64,000 nt of DNA from the human T2T-CHM13v2.0 reference genome, Homo sapiens. The position numbers were made by a program, and so were the translations under genes. Position 1 is the first letter of the stretch. Each line of letters begins with the position of its first letter. The DNA is taken from assembly GCF_009914755.1 (NCBI RefSeq), contig NC_060934.1, one strand, 5' to 3'. This document shows positions 15,958-37,320 of the stretch, in pieces. Under the pieces are notes generated by a model. The model did no database searches and was not told the DNA's origin. It saw nothing but the letters and a program-made list of their open reading frames with translations.

Positions 15958-16253
15958 GGCTGGGCACAGTGGCTCATGCCTATAATCCCAGTATTTCGGG
16001 AGGCCAAGCCGGGAGGACTACTTGAACCCACGGGTTTCAGATCAGCCTGGGCAACACAGTGGGACCCCGTCTCTACAAAAAAAAAAAATTAGCTAGGTGT
16101 GGTGGCACATGCTTGTAGTCCCAGCTACTTGGGAGGCTGAGCGGGAGGATTGCTTGAGCCCAGGAGGTTGAGGCTGCACTGAACCATGATCATGCCACTG
16201 CACTCCAGCCCGGGCAACAGGTTGAGATCGTGCCTCCAGAAAACAAAAAAAAA
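15958..16253 (+). mobile_element. AluJ
   Basis: J-type dimer. Confidence 0.9.
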
Positions 16254-16569
16254 ATGCTACCCGATTAGCATCCCAAAATGATTTTAGTTTATATAGAGGA
16301 GAGCCACAGAGAACTATGATTAGTACATTATCTATAACTGTGAAATATTAGCAACATCAGGGAAATGATTAAGTAAATTCTGGGTACACCAACTTAAGGA
16401 TTTTAGGAGACAAAAAAAAAGAGTTGATTCATGCTCTATTACTGTAGCTAGAGCTGTTGTCTGATTGGCAAATCACAATGCCTCAAAAGAAGTTTCCCTT
16501 GCTCTTATGATACGTACAAACTCAACAAACTAGCTTACATCACCTCTTTAGATTCGACCTTCAAAATTT

Positions 16570-18268
<1,699 letters not shown>

Positions 18269-19316
18269 TTAGAGAAGGATGCTTGCAGCCTGGTAGAAGA
18301 GAGAATCAGAATTTGTCTGAAAAAACATGTTGGAGGTGTCAGAAAGAATGGTGTCAAAGGTGAAGGAAACTTGGGGGTTGAATGGAGATGAAGAAATCTC
18401 CTCATGTGGCGAAACTCAACTGAAAGTTGACATGCATATGACTAACCCAGAAAGCAAGGGACACAGCCCAGCCCAGGGAAGAGCTGGAGAAACAGGCGAG
18501 GGAGTGGAAATGAGTTGTTTGCTGTGCAGGAAGAAACTGGGTGGAGATGAATGTCAGGGGCAGTTTCTGGCTTGTTTGATGCTAGGCTGGGGCACTTATG
18601 TAATGACAAGTTGTAAGGACTATCTTAAAATAACAACAATAATAACAATAACAAAAAGAGAGCTGGAGTGTTTACTGACAGCTGCCGCATGCCAGGCAGG
18701 AGAATGAGGATGGCTACGGGATGGAAAAGATGAGGGTCCTGGATGGGTTTCCCTAACTTACGTAGGTGGTTCAGGGGGCCCAGGAAACTCACTGTTAAAG
18801 GATTTGGGGAACTCGATCCAGCAACTCCACTCTTCTAGAAACTTCCCCTGTACTTCTGATTCAGGGTCTGACTGATGAGCTTAGGTCTGTATGGGGAGTC
18901 AGATCCCGGCTGGAGACCCAATGCTATGAAGTCAGGTATCTCTGTCCCAAATGCACAAAGTTGCACGAGACATTCACCAAGCACATTAATAAAGCAAAAT
19001 AAGAAGTTCTTCCTTTCCCAGGCATCAACAGTAACTGACAGAAGAATCTGAGCTGAAAAACCAATAGCACCACCAGTGTGCATATGACACCCATAAACCT
19101 GCTTCCTGTGGAGAGCTTCCTAATTGGACAGTTTAGAGACCTCTCTCCTATATCCAAACACTGCATCTCATCCATGATCCAGACAGGATATACATCAGGA
19201 GCTGCTGTATCCTTCTAGCCAAGTGTGACCTAAAGACTCCTGGTTGTCATGCCCCCAATTCACACCTAGGAAATGATGGAAATATACCCTAGGCTGCACT
19301 CATGTGCGTGTGCGTG

Positions 19317-19358
19317 CAGACACACACTCTCACACACACACACACTCACACACACACA
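19317..19358. repeat. Interrupted (CA)n microsatellite
   Basis: Read directly. Confidence 0.9.
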
Positions 19359-19569
19359 GAGGACACTAATGTGCAAAACTTCAGAGCTCAGGAACCACAC
19401 TTCCTGCCATGCTGTTCATTCAGGAGTGAGACTTAGGCTGATGACCAGAAACAGGGCAAAAGATGCAGACGGAGTCTGGATGGGCCTCAGATCTCTGGTT
19501 CTGGTCTTTTCTCAGGCTAAGCAGCATCCCTGTCTCCCTCATCAACAATTTTCTTGCTCAATAAAAAAA

Positions 19570-20202
<633 letters not shown>

Positions 20203-20427
20203 TCAATATACCCAGGCTGGTGAAATCACAGTGTGAGCTTTTGCCAAAAATAATCTAGCTGGCAGAGGAAGAGAGGCATGCTCCCTATAGCAGAAGGGGG
20301 CTAGTGAGGATCTGGGTATTTGTGGCCCATGAGTGCTTGCTCTTGGCTTTGGAAGTATCCTGGTGAGTATTGCCATAGGTCACAGCAGGAGCCCTAAAAG
20401 GAAGACACTCGATTAAGCTGGAAATTT

Positions 20428-20478
20428 GGGGCTTTGATCGGGGCTTTGATCAGTTCCTTTGATCAGTTCCTTTGATCT
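20428..20478. promoter_or_regulatory. Four tandem CTTTGATC (TCF/LEF consensus) sites
   Basis: Sites start at 20432, 20444, 20457 and 20470; function inferred only. Confidence 0.5.
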
Positions 20479-20878
20479 TTGGTAAACACTACCATGAACG
20501 CTGGGCACAGTAGTGATGCTGCCATTTCCTTGACCACAGCAGAGGTTTATATTTGGGTAAGGGAGGCATTGGAGACAGCTGGGCAGGGGGCTGGGGGGAA
20601 AGGTAGCTGCTGTCTAAACTGCAACTTCAGTAACTATGACCATGAATATGATTGCAGGTTTGACTGCTCATTTAGAGGGCTTGTCATTCGGAGGAGGGCT
20701 TTAGCTGATCTAGGGGACAGTCAGAGACATGCAATACATATGACTCAAGAGGCCGTCTGGTGTGACACGCAATCAGGAATAGCTCTGCAATTCTGCTGGA
20801 TTAGGTCATAAAAGCATCTCCCAAAAGAAAAGTGTATGAGATGTCAGTGGTCTAGTAGGTCATACGTCTGCAAACAGT

Positions 20879-21005
20879 GGGATGGCCATCAGATCCCATT
20901 TGGGACAGTCGTGGTTTACACCTACTATGTTGGTGTAATTATTAATAGCACCCCCTTTCACGCTCAGAAGTATCTGGTTTGAATGGTAAATTCTGTGGTC
21001 CCCTA
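20879..21005 (-). mobile_element. MER94-like hAT-Blackjack element
   Basis: GTAATTATTAATAGCACCCCCTTTCAC core with degenerate GG(T)GACCA/TGGTC(A)CC-type termini. Confidence 0.6.
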
Positions 21006-22015
21006 GTGGACAGAAAACTTGATGTGTCACATAGAAGGGAGAATTGGGTCTTGAGGTTCCTATGCGGAAGAGGAATGGTGACTTCTGCTCCGATGAGTGC
21101 AGGAAGCCCCAGGGAGCAGGGAGCGGAGGGGAGGAGGGAAGGGACACCTCTAGGAAGAAAGAGAACAAAATGAAACTACTGTCCAGTGTTGATGGGAAAA
21201 AAGAGGAAGTTATCAGGGACAGACAAAGGGTGTGGAAAAAAATGAGAAGCCACAAGAAAACTGCTGAGGACAGAATGGGTGGACTCACTGGTGAGCTCAG
21301 AACCACAAGGACATGTGTTCCCCAGCACAGCAAGGATGACCTTGGAGGAGGCTAGTGTCACAGAGGGCGACACAGAGTGGGTCATGGAGACAGAACCAGA
21401 CTGGGCAGAATCCAGGGCTTGAGTCACTCGCTGCAGGCAGTCATGTCAGGGTGTGTCACTGCCAGGGACCAGAGCTCTGCAGGGATGATGACAAATGGAT
21501 TTGGGCCAGCAAGGTCTGGGTCAAGGGAGCAAGATAGTTTCTTCTTCTGTCACCCATAATGATGAGTCCCTTAAGGAAAGGCTGTGCCATCCATTTCTGG
21601 CTCCCCTGCACTTATTACTGTGCCAAGCACATGATATATAGTCAACGAATTGATATATCAATGAATATCTGAGAAAATAAAGGGAGGAAAGCAAGAGTAA
21701 AACATGGAAATACAGGAAGTGGCACCGAAGCAGAAACATGTAGAAAGGACAGAAAAAGTGAAGCCAAGAATTGAAAAAACAGAGACCCCAGGAAGTGGTG
21801 AGAGAAAGGAACTGAAAATGGGACTGTGTATGTACCATGAAGGCTAAAGGCCCAGGCTGCAGGGCTGGAAAACTCAAGACACAACATGGGAAAAGAATGA
21901 AAATTATAGTTTCTTGTGTCATGGGAATTTGAACGAAATCAGTTGGTGAGAACTTCTTTGTTTGATGGGATTAGTGAAGACAGCACGTTCACTCAACATG
22001 TGTCAAAGTAATTTA

Positions 22016-22492
<477 letters not shown>

Positions 22493-23028
22493 CAATGTGA
22501 GTGTTTTTTTGACCTCACTGTTTTGCTGACTATCTTGATCTCCCGCCTGCCATAAAACTCTATGCTGGAACCAGCCAAGGCTATGTTGAACAGGTATAGG
22601 AACCTGCTAATATTCATGACAAAAGTCCCTTCTTGAAGATGGATTTCTAATGAATGTCTGGGAATTTCTGATCATTTCAGGCATGAAATCTACACTTTTA
22701 GAGAATGGAATTAAGTGAGGAGAAATTAATACAGTAGAGACATCGAAGCACTAGAAAGGAAGTAAGGGAATGTTTATTTATCAAATACCTGTGAAGTGAC
22801 AGGCAAAGTACTATACACTGTTTTTCTCGTTTGCTCTCTTTCCTTTGACATAGTTTTTTCACCCCCAAATCCAGGCCCTCTTCGGAAGATACTTCAATGA
22901 CTCAAGAAAACAAACCTATGATCTCAGATTTTCCCTTTTGGAGGGAGTAAAGTGTGTGTCATAGGGATGGAGCTGGTCCCGGGCTAATTTATGATAGAGA
23001 ACAAGGTTTTTCCCCGGTTAAGACATGA

Positions 23029-23348
<320 letters not shown>

Positions 23349-23884
23349 TCCATTCTCACTTTCTTGTCCTGTTTCTTGGTACAACTTACTTGACTTATAG
23401 TAAAGTAGCCAGGGAGGGAGGGAGTGTGATATATTTCTCAAGAATATGTATAATTTGAATGAAAACTGGAGTGAAGGCAATGCCTGACTAGGGGGAATGA
23501 ATGGTGGATGCCAAAATTTCAGGCATTGTAGGGAAAAGCATTCTCTAGGAAGAATGCAAGACTCCCAAGCCCCTCAAAGCACACTGTGTAGGTGACTGTA
23601 TGCTCCACCTGTCTGTAAGTTTGGTCCAGGGCAAAGGGGATGTTGCTGTCAGCTTTTTGCATCTCAGACTTCTGCCAGCCTTCATATAGATCAGTTAGAA
23701 GCAGCTTCCAGATGCCTAGAGGGTGACTGGCTCCCACAGTGGTCCGGGACTTGGCTGGCTCTGTGCTCTGCAAACAGAACTGCACTCTGTGCTATCCAGA
23801 GTTCTGTGGATTCCCCTTTTCTCCATCATCCTCACTGGTCTACATTCTCTAATTCTCCCAGAGTATAAAATATTGAACGTGGGT

Positions 23885-24192
23885 TGCTAAAGATGGAATG
23901 TTTATGCCCTCCTCACCCACCCAATGAGCGGTTCACATGTTGAAACTGAATCCCCAATGTAGTGGTATTTGAAGATGGGGCCTTTGGGAGGTGATTAAGT
24001 TGTGAGTGTGGAACCCTAACAGAGAAGACTGGATGTCTATAAACAAGGAAATGGGCCCTCACCAGACACTGAATCTACTGGCACCTTGATCTTAGACCTC
24101 CCAGCCTCCAAAACTGTGAGAAATAAATGCTTGTTGTTTATAAGCTGCCAGATCTGTAGTATCTTGTTATTGCAACCCAAACAGACAAAGAC
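23885..24192 (+). mobile_element. MaLR solo LTR (MLT1A-like)
   Basis: GGGGCCTTTGGGAGGTGATT, GCACCTTGATCTTAGAC, CCAGCCTCCAAAACTGTGAGAAATAAA; ends AAGACA. Confidence 0.8.
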
Positions 24193-24450
24193 ATTGGCAA
24201 ACCTTGGGAAGAGTTTTGCTCGATTAGCTAAAGTACATAAAAGGTCCCTGAAATAATGCAGCCCTGGACTCTGCGTAGAGGAAGATGCTCCAAGTTCTGC
24301 TATACTAAGAATGCAAGCACATCACACTCTTGCTTGGAGAGACTGATTTGTTTGCATATTTGAAAGTTGTAAGTTTATAAGATGAGCTTCTGGATTTGTT
24401 CCACAGTTTGTTCAAAGTTTCACTGCTTGAAAAGCTAAGATTCCATTTCA

Positions 24451-25568
<1,118 letters not shown>

Positions 25569-26104
25569 CCAGCCCTATTTCTACTACAATATGGCTCAAA
25601 AGAAACTGAAGAAAAGCTTATTACATTATAGTGCAGAATGGGAGGATGAGGATGGATGAATTCAAGTTATAGGTATTTTTGAAAATGAGATATAAGAAGT
25701 TTAAGATAGATTGATAAGCAATAGGGACACCATAAAGCTTTCAGCCTAGAGGATTTGTCCTAAAAATTTAACAAAATGCTCCCATGGAGGCCCATTTGGC
25801 CAGAGAATGTGAGACAAACACTGTCATCCAAGCAACTTTGGTGCGATGCTATCATTGCGTGCCCAGAGAGCAATAGGCCAAGCTACCCCCTTGTCTAGGA
25901 CACTCTGATGCACAAGTACAGAATTCTTGAAAAACAGAACTCTGGATGGATTTGAAGGAAATGAGGCAATTGGAAGTCAGTTTGATATAGAACAAAGAGT
26001 CACAAACTTTGGAATTGGACAAAGTCAGATCCAAGGCTTACTACAGTGTGATTTTAACCCCTTGAATCTTAGATTCCTCACCTGTAAAATGGAATTAAGA
26101 GTAT

Positions 26105-26498
26105 TCAGCCATGAAAATGTAAATTAGTACAACCACTATGGAACACAGTATGTAGATTCCTTAAAGAACTAAAAGTAGAACCACCATTCGATCCAGCAAT
26201 CCCACAACTGGGTATCTACCCAAAGGAAAAGAAGGGATTATATGAAAAAGACACATACACATGCATGTTTTGAACAGCACCGTTCACAATTGCAAAGACG
26301 TGGAACCAACCTAAGTGCCCATCAACCAACAAGTGGATAAAGAAAATGTGATATATGTACACCACGGAATACTACTCAGCCACAAAAAGGAACAAGGTAA
26401 TGTCTTTTGCAGCAACTTGGATGGAGCTGGGGGTCATTGTTTTTTGTTTGTTTGTTTGTTTGTTTTTTGAGATGGAGTCTTGCTCTGTCACCCAGGCT
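26105..26498 (+). mobile_element. L1 (L1PB-like) ORF2 3' fragment, cut off by a short reverse Alu tail piece; MIR fragment just upstream
   Basis: GATCCAGCAATCCCAC...GGATAAAGAAAATGTG...GCAACTTGGATGGAGCTGG. Confidence 0.85.
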
Positions 26499-26755
26499 TT
26501 ATATAGGGCCTAATGTATGTGGTCCAGATAGGTTAAGACCAAGGTTGGCTTCAAATTAAAAAAACAAAACAAAACAAAACAAAACAGCAAAACTGGGCCT
26601 TTTTATTCCATTATTTATAAAAGCTATTATTTTGCTCCTCTTCATAAGAGAATAAGCATATGCACTGCAATGCATTTTTAAGTTAATAAAAATACTTTGA
26701 ACAGATATTGTTGCTTGAGAAAGCTTCGAGATATTAAAAACTCAATTCATTTATT

Positions 26756-27283
26756 AAAGAAAGTAAACAAGAAAGGAAGAGAGAGCAAAAGAAGGAAGGA
26801 AGGAAGGGAGGGGAGAGCGGGAGGGAAGAGAGGAAGGAGAGAGGGAGGGTAGATAAGGAAGGAAAGGAAAGAAAGAAGGAGGGAAGGAAGGGAGGGAGGG
26901 AAGAGAGGGAGGAGGTAGGGAAAGAAGAGAGGGAGGGAAGGAAGAAAGCGAGGGAGAGAGGGAGGGAAGGAAGGAAAGTAAAGAAAGAAGGGAAGAAAGG
27001 GAGGGAGGGAGGGAAAGAAAGAAAAGAAAGAAGGAGGGAAAGGAGGAAGGGAGGAAGCAAGGGAAGCAGGGAAGGAAGGCAAGGAGGAAGAGAAGAGAGG
27101 GAGGAGATAGGGAAAGAATGGAGTGAGGGAAGGAGGGAAAGGAGGGAGGGAAGGAAGGGAGGGAGGGGGAGGGAAGGAAGGAAGGGAGGGAGAGAGGGAA
27201 GGAAGGGAAGCAAAGAAAGAAGGAGGGAAGGGAAGGAAGGAGGGAGGGAGAAAGCAAGGGAAGGAGGGAAAGAAGGAAGGAAA
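26756..27283. repeat. ~530-bp GA-rich polypurine tract
   Basis: Almost only G/A, with GGAA/GGGA/GAAA units. Confidence 0.95.
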
Positions 27284-27809
27284 CATGCCCTGATTATCTT
27301 CCCCATATAGAGTTAATTCGGTGGCCAAATGGGAAGCAAATGGATTACAAAAACCCCAGGTGAGAAATGGGAGGCCCCTGCGAGAGGTGAAAGTTCAGAA
27401 TAGGCTTTCTTCTGGATCAGCTGTAGCCTGGAATTGTCAGAGAACCTTTTAAACTAGAAATGGACTTCTACAGGGGTTCAGTTACTTCTAACCCATTGCC
27501 CTGATCATAGTGTAATGCAGTGTCTTTCAAATTGAGGCTGAGATCTACTGGGGGTTACGAAGTCAAGTTAGTGGTTTGTAATGAGCATTTACAAAAAATT
27601 TAGAAGAAAATAGAATTAAATGCATGGCACACAAGGCTGCTAGGTATGGTTGTGCAGGTTGTACACACTGAACACTCTGGGGATGTTATTGGCATTGCAG
27701 TCTATGTGTCAAGCACCCCTAGTGTTTTTCATCCACCACCCACAGGACAGGGGGTGGTGGGTCTGACTAGTCATGATAAGTATCATCACGTGAAACTTAT
27801 TTGTATGAG

Positions 27810-27856
27810 CGTGTGTGTGTGTGTTTGTGTGTGTTTGTGTGTGTGTGTGGGTGGGT
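27810..27856. repeat. Interrupted (TG)n microsatellite
   Basis: Read directly. Confidence 0.9.
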
Positions 27857-28089
27857 GTTTGCTGTAAAATGTATTTCTTACTTGGATTTACAGTCAAAAA
27901 AAAGTTTGAAAAACACTACTATGGTGATCTTATGTCTTTTTTTTTTTTTTTTTTTTGGCTGGCTAGCATTGGAACTCCCTTTCTGGTCTTGGGGAATGCC
28001 CAATTGTGTGAGTCTTTATGGCAGCAGGGTCCTGTCTTCCTCTACAGATCCCAAAGAGGGAAGAGTATTTTGTTTTCTCTCTCTCTGCA

Positions 28090-28445
28090 GTCCATAGTAT
28101 GAGCTATTGACCAAGGCTGGGCCAGTTGGATGTTCTCACCAAGAACCTTAAATCTTGAGGGCAGAGATTCAGGGTGGTTAGAGATTACTCACAGTGTCAG
28201 GATGGGGTTGAGAGGCAAAGACCACCAGTCAGAGGTGGAAAGCAGCCAGAACCTGCAGCTAAGGCCCATGGCCACATTCTCACCAGCCTGCCCCTGTAGT
28301 GTGCTCAGCTGCCCGGCCTCTTTTGCTTGCTACCTGTTTTCTGATGCCCTGAGTCATTCCATATGTTTCCAATAAATTGCTTATCTGCATAAGTTTGCCG
28401 GAGTCAGTTTTTATTGTTTGCAACCAAGACTCTGACCAAAATACA
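28090..28445 (+). mobile_element. Old MaLR LTR (MLT1J/K/L-like)
   Basis: 3' end AATAAATTGC...GTTTGCAACCAAGACTCTGACCAAAATACA. Confidence 0.65.
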
Positions 28446-28713
28446 TGTATTTTCTTGGGGAGCTGAACTTTAGATATGATTGACTCAGGCTCTTATCCTA
28501 AATTCTCAAGCAATCAAAATATAGTGATACAAACAAAGAAGTAAATAAATAGATGAAAAGAGAAAAATAAATTCCTATCAATTATTTTTTTCTAAAGCAT
28601 TGTTTAACAAGTATTGTTTGGGGAAAGGAAAAGTAAAAGAAGTCAGTATTTCATTTTTTTGCAGCAGGTGACCATATAAACCATAGCCTATGTAGTGAAA
28701 CCCTCTTCTGTGA

Positions 28714-28965
28714 TTTTTATTTTTTTATTTTTTTGAGACAGGGTCTTTCTCCTGTCACCCAGCAAGAGTGCAGTGGCACGATCACGACTCATTGCAACTT
28801 CAGCCTCCTGGGCTCAAGCGATCCTCCAGCCTCAGTTTTTGATTTTTTGTAGAGTCAGGGTCTCACTATGTTGCCCAGGATGGTCTCAAACTCCTGGGCT
28901 CACATGATCCTTCTACTCAGCTTCCCAAATTGCTGGGATTATAGGCTTGAACCATTGTGCCCAGC
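28714..28965 (-). mobile_element. AluJ with an internal deletion
   Basis: Reverse Alu missing part of the right arm. Confidence 0.85.
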
Positions 28966-29929
28966 TTCTTCTGTGATTTTTCTAATACTATATTTTGACT
29001 CCTAGGAGGTGGCATTCATTGGCATTAAGCATTTTTTGGAGGCTTTTCACATTTATTTAGCATCAATAGAAATAAAGCAACATGCAGAATATATGCAGAA
29101 TATACCCAGATGCTTCTTCCAAAGACAGAAAACTTGTCCACACTTAGGTTCATTGACCTTTTTTCCCCTAAAGTAAAAAGTTTACTACCTTCCCATCATG
29201 TTTCTTAATGTTTTATTAAGACACTCTGTAGAGAAAAATAGCAATTGATAAGACTCTTTTAACAAAGATGTTATTATTTTTAGACTTTTTAAAGTAGGCA
29301 TTCCAATTTGGCATAACTTTACCCAGCTACTCTTTCAAGAGGACTTGTGTTTATAATTTCGCATTTTGCCTAAGTAGAAAAACATCTCATTTCTTGTACT
29401 TAGGAAGTGGTTTCAGCAGCTGGAAAGACCTCAGGCTCAGAGGGTGATAAGCAGTCGTCGCAGAACCGGGCTTCTGACCACACAGCCTGAGGCTACCACG
29501 GATAGGAGGCACCACCCAGAAATGTCACATCTCAGTGGCTAAGGCTAAGCCATTTGAGAATTTGCATCAATCCACCCAAATGAATGATGAAAAGTGAAAG
29601 AAATCACACTACCTCATCTTTATGCATCAAACAATTTCTTATAAAGCCATTAGTTCTAACAGTTTTTCAGGTGGGGAAGGTAGGTCTCAAAACTCCCAGA
29701 AATTTAGTGAATTTCTTGTTTGTTGTAGTAGGTTCGTTTTTCTCAGTTTCTTTTTTATTTTTCTGATCCTGTAACACTTTCTTTGCATCCCTTTGCTTCT
29801 TCAGCCTTTGTGACGGGCATGCACTCTGGTGACGCACCCTGGGGACACTGTCTTTTCCCTTTAGTAGTCCCTACTGCTGCAGCCCTATGCGGTCAAACTC
29901 CTTCCAGAGGCATTTCCATTTGAATATCT

Positions 29930-31215
<1,286 letters not shown>

Positions 31216-31603
31216 GCTCACGTATTCCATAGTTTAAGAATTAAATTGTCTAGCCCCACTGGAAGCAAGAAAAAAAAAATTAAATCGTTCTTTATGGGTT
31301 CTAACAAAAAATAACAGTTCCCTAAACCACCCCCTTTTTCATTTTCTGCACACCAGGGGAAACTACTTTCAACAATTTTAACTGATTCTTTGGGTAACCT
31401 TTGCCTTATCACTAAATAACATAGTTATATTGCCACCTCTTTATTTTTCTGTTTGAGGCTTTATCTATGAATTTCTGTATATGAAAGATGAAAGTTTAGT
31501 TATCTTTTACAATATCAGCTCCCACCACATGTGTAGACACTTCTCATCTCCTTCCAACATAAATTACGTAGACACTTCTCATCTTCTTCCAACATAAACT
31601 TCA

Positions 31604-32458
<855 letters not shown>

Positions 32459-32849
32459 TTAAATTTTATTTTCTATCAGTTTCATTTTAGGATAGTCAGG
32501 GAAGTATTTAGTATAAGGCTGAGAACCACTGCACTATACTATGTAGAATATGCTGTTTATCAGCACTTTGCCAGTAAATGATTACCCCTTATGCTAAGCT
32601 TTGATGAACACACACTTAATTCAGCAAATAATTATTCCTAATAATTTAATCTGTAGCCCAGGATCCTTGTTAATAGCTATGAAAAAGTAAGAGTTTCATA
32701 TCCCTACAGTTCCTCATGTACTTTCTGTTCTTGTTCTTGTTTTTAAGCACAGACCGGAAAAAAATGTCACTTGTCATCTCTGCATATGGTGTTGGGTTGC
32801 CTGAATCCGAGAAGTACACAAAGGCCAGTGTGTATTGCTTGTACTTTGG

Positions 32850-33585
32850 TTAAGAGCTGGGTTTTGAGTGGGATAAACATGGTTTCAAAGGTTGATTCAG
32901 CTGATTAAACAAATGTAGTCCATCAAAATCTCACATGTAAAATGGGGATGATGGTGCCAATTCATAGGACGGCCAAGGGAAATCCATGAGATAACGCATT
33001 TTACATGCTCAGCAGGGGACTTTGCAGAGAAAGTACTCAATTGGACTGGGTGTTGCAGAAAAGCAATTCGCAACACGGACTCTGAAACGGACAGCCTGGG
33101 TTTGAATCCCCACTGCAGCACTTGTGGCTCTGTGGCTTGGGGAGTTCCTTACCCTCTCTGTGCTTTGATTTTACTCATGTGTCAGATGAAGATGATAATA
33201 CAGCTGCCTCAAGGACTTGTCATGAGGATTAAATGAGGTGATATGTGTGAAACACTGGGAATATGCCTGACCTCACTAAAAAGTAGTTATTGCTGGGCGT
33301 GGTGGCTCACACCTACAATCCTAGAACTTTGAGAGGCCAAGGCAGGAGGATTGCTTGAGCCTAGGCATTGAAGACAAGCCTGGGAAAAATGGTGAAACTT
33401 CGACTCTACAAAAAATACAAAAATTAGCCAGGTATGGTGGTGAGTGCCTGTAGTCCCAGCCATTCTGGAGGCTGAAGTGGGAGAATCGCTTCAGCCCAGG
33501 AGGTTTGAGGCTGCAGTGAGTCACTCCAGCCTGGGTGACCAAGACAGACCCTGTCTGAAAAAAATAAATGAATAAAAAATAAAAA
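32850..33585 (+). mobile_element. Two MIR fragments (~32850-33030, ~33070-33290) followed by AluJ (33292-33585)
   Basis: MIR cores (TGTAAAATGGGGATGAT; GGGTTTGAATCCC; GAGGATTAAATGAG). Confidence 0.75.
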
Positions 33586-34486
33586 TTAGTTATCAATGCT
33601 ATAGAGGGGACACTCTCTCCAGATCATGCGTTCATTTCCTTGTTTGGGGGTTTAGGAAATGTGGTTGGAAATTTTATTCTGGTTCCTTTGAAGCAGAAGT
33701 GTTTCTAGTATATATGTTTTTGTTTAGTCATTACAGCTTTGCTCTTCAAAACAAACAAGACTTAGGCGATCACTTAAGAGCATACTTTTAAAATAAATTC
33801 GTGGTCAGCATCATCTAAACTTTAAGATAGAATCTAAGCTCCAAATCCTCATTAAATACTCATTGGCCTTTAAGATCCACCGGACATGAGGTCTGTCCTC
33901 AGCTGGTTCTATAGCTCAGGTGAACCACAGTCCGGCAGCAAATAATTGTTTACTAAGCTCAGGTGAGAAAAAAAAACTGTCTGGTTAGATTTTTTTTTTA
34001 GAACAACAACAACAACAACAACAAAACTGACTTTAGGCTGTTAATTTTCTGGGAAGGGGATTGCTTTCACATTCTGTTTTAAGGACACAGCAGAGTGACC
34101 CTCTAAGGGTTGGAAGCAAGAATCAATGATGGGAACAGGTCATGCCACACATAAACAAGTTTCATTATCCTTTGTAGACTTTCCCATGATGCCTCACTGC
34201 TTTAATTTTTCTCTACCTACCCCACAGTGTTCCTAGGCCTCTAGAATAAAAGACAAACATCTTAATTTCATTAGTTCCTTCCAGAAGGAAAAATGCATTG
34301 TATCTGCCTTTCTGAAATTGATAATTTTATTGTAGTTTTAAAAAGTATTTCTGAGTAAGCAGATTTTTCTGGCTTGTCTCTAAGAAAAAGCTAAAACTAT
34401 TAAAAAATTACAATTTGGCAAAGATCCATGATTTGGAAAGCTGTGCATTTAGCACTTATTAAAAAATAGTTATGACTTTTTATGCT

Positions 34487-37320
<2,834 letters not shown>

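Noticed and set aside
20995-21012. CTCF-like CCACTAGGGGAC on the minus strand
   Set aside because: Mismatch in the conserved GGC part, and it overlaps a transposon terminus
26734-27328. Three overlapping 167-193 aa L/P/S/F-rich ORFs
   Set aside because: The polypyrimidine strand has no stop codons; low-complexity artefact
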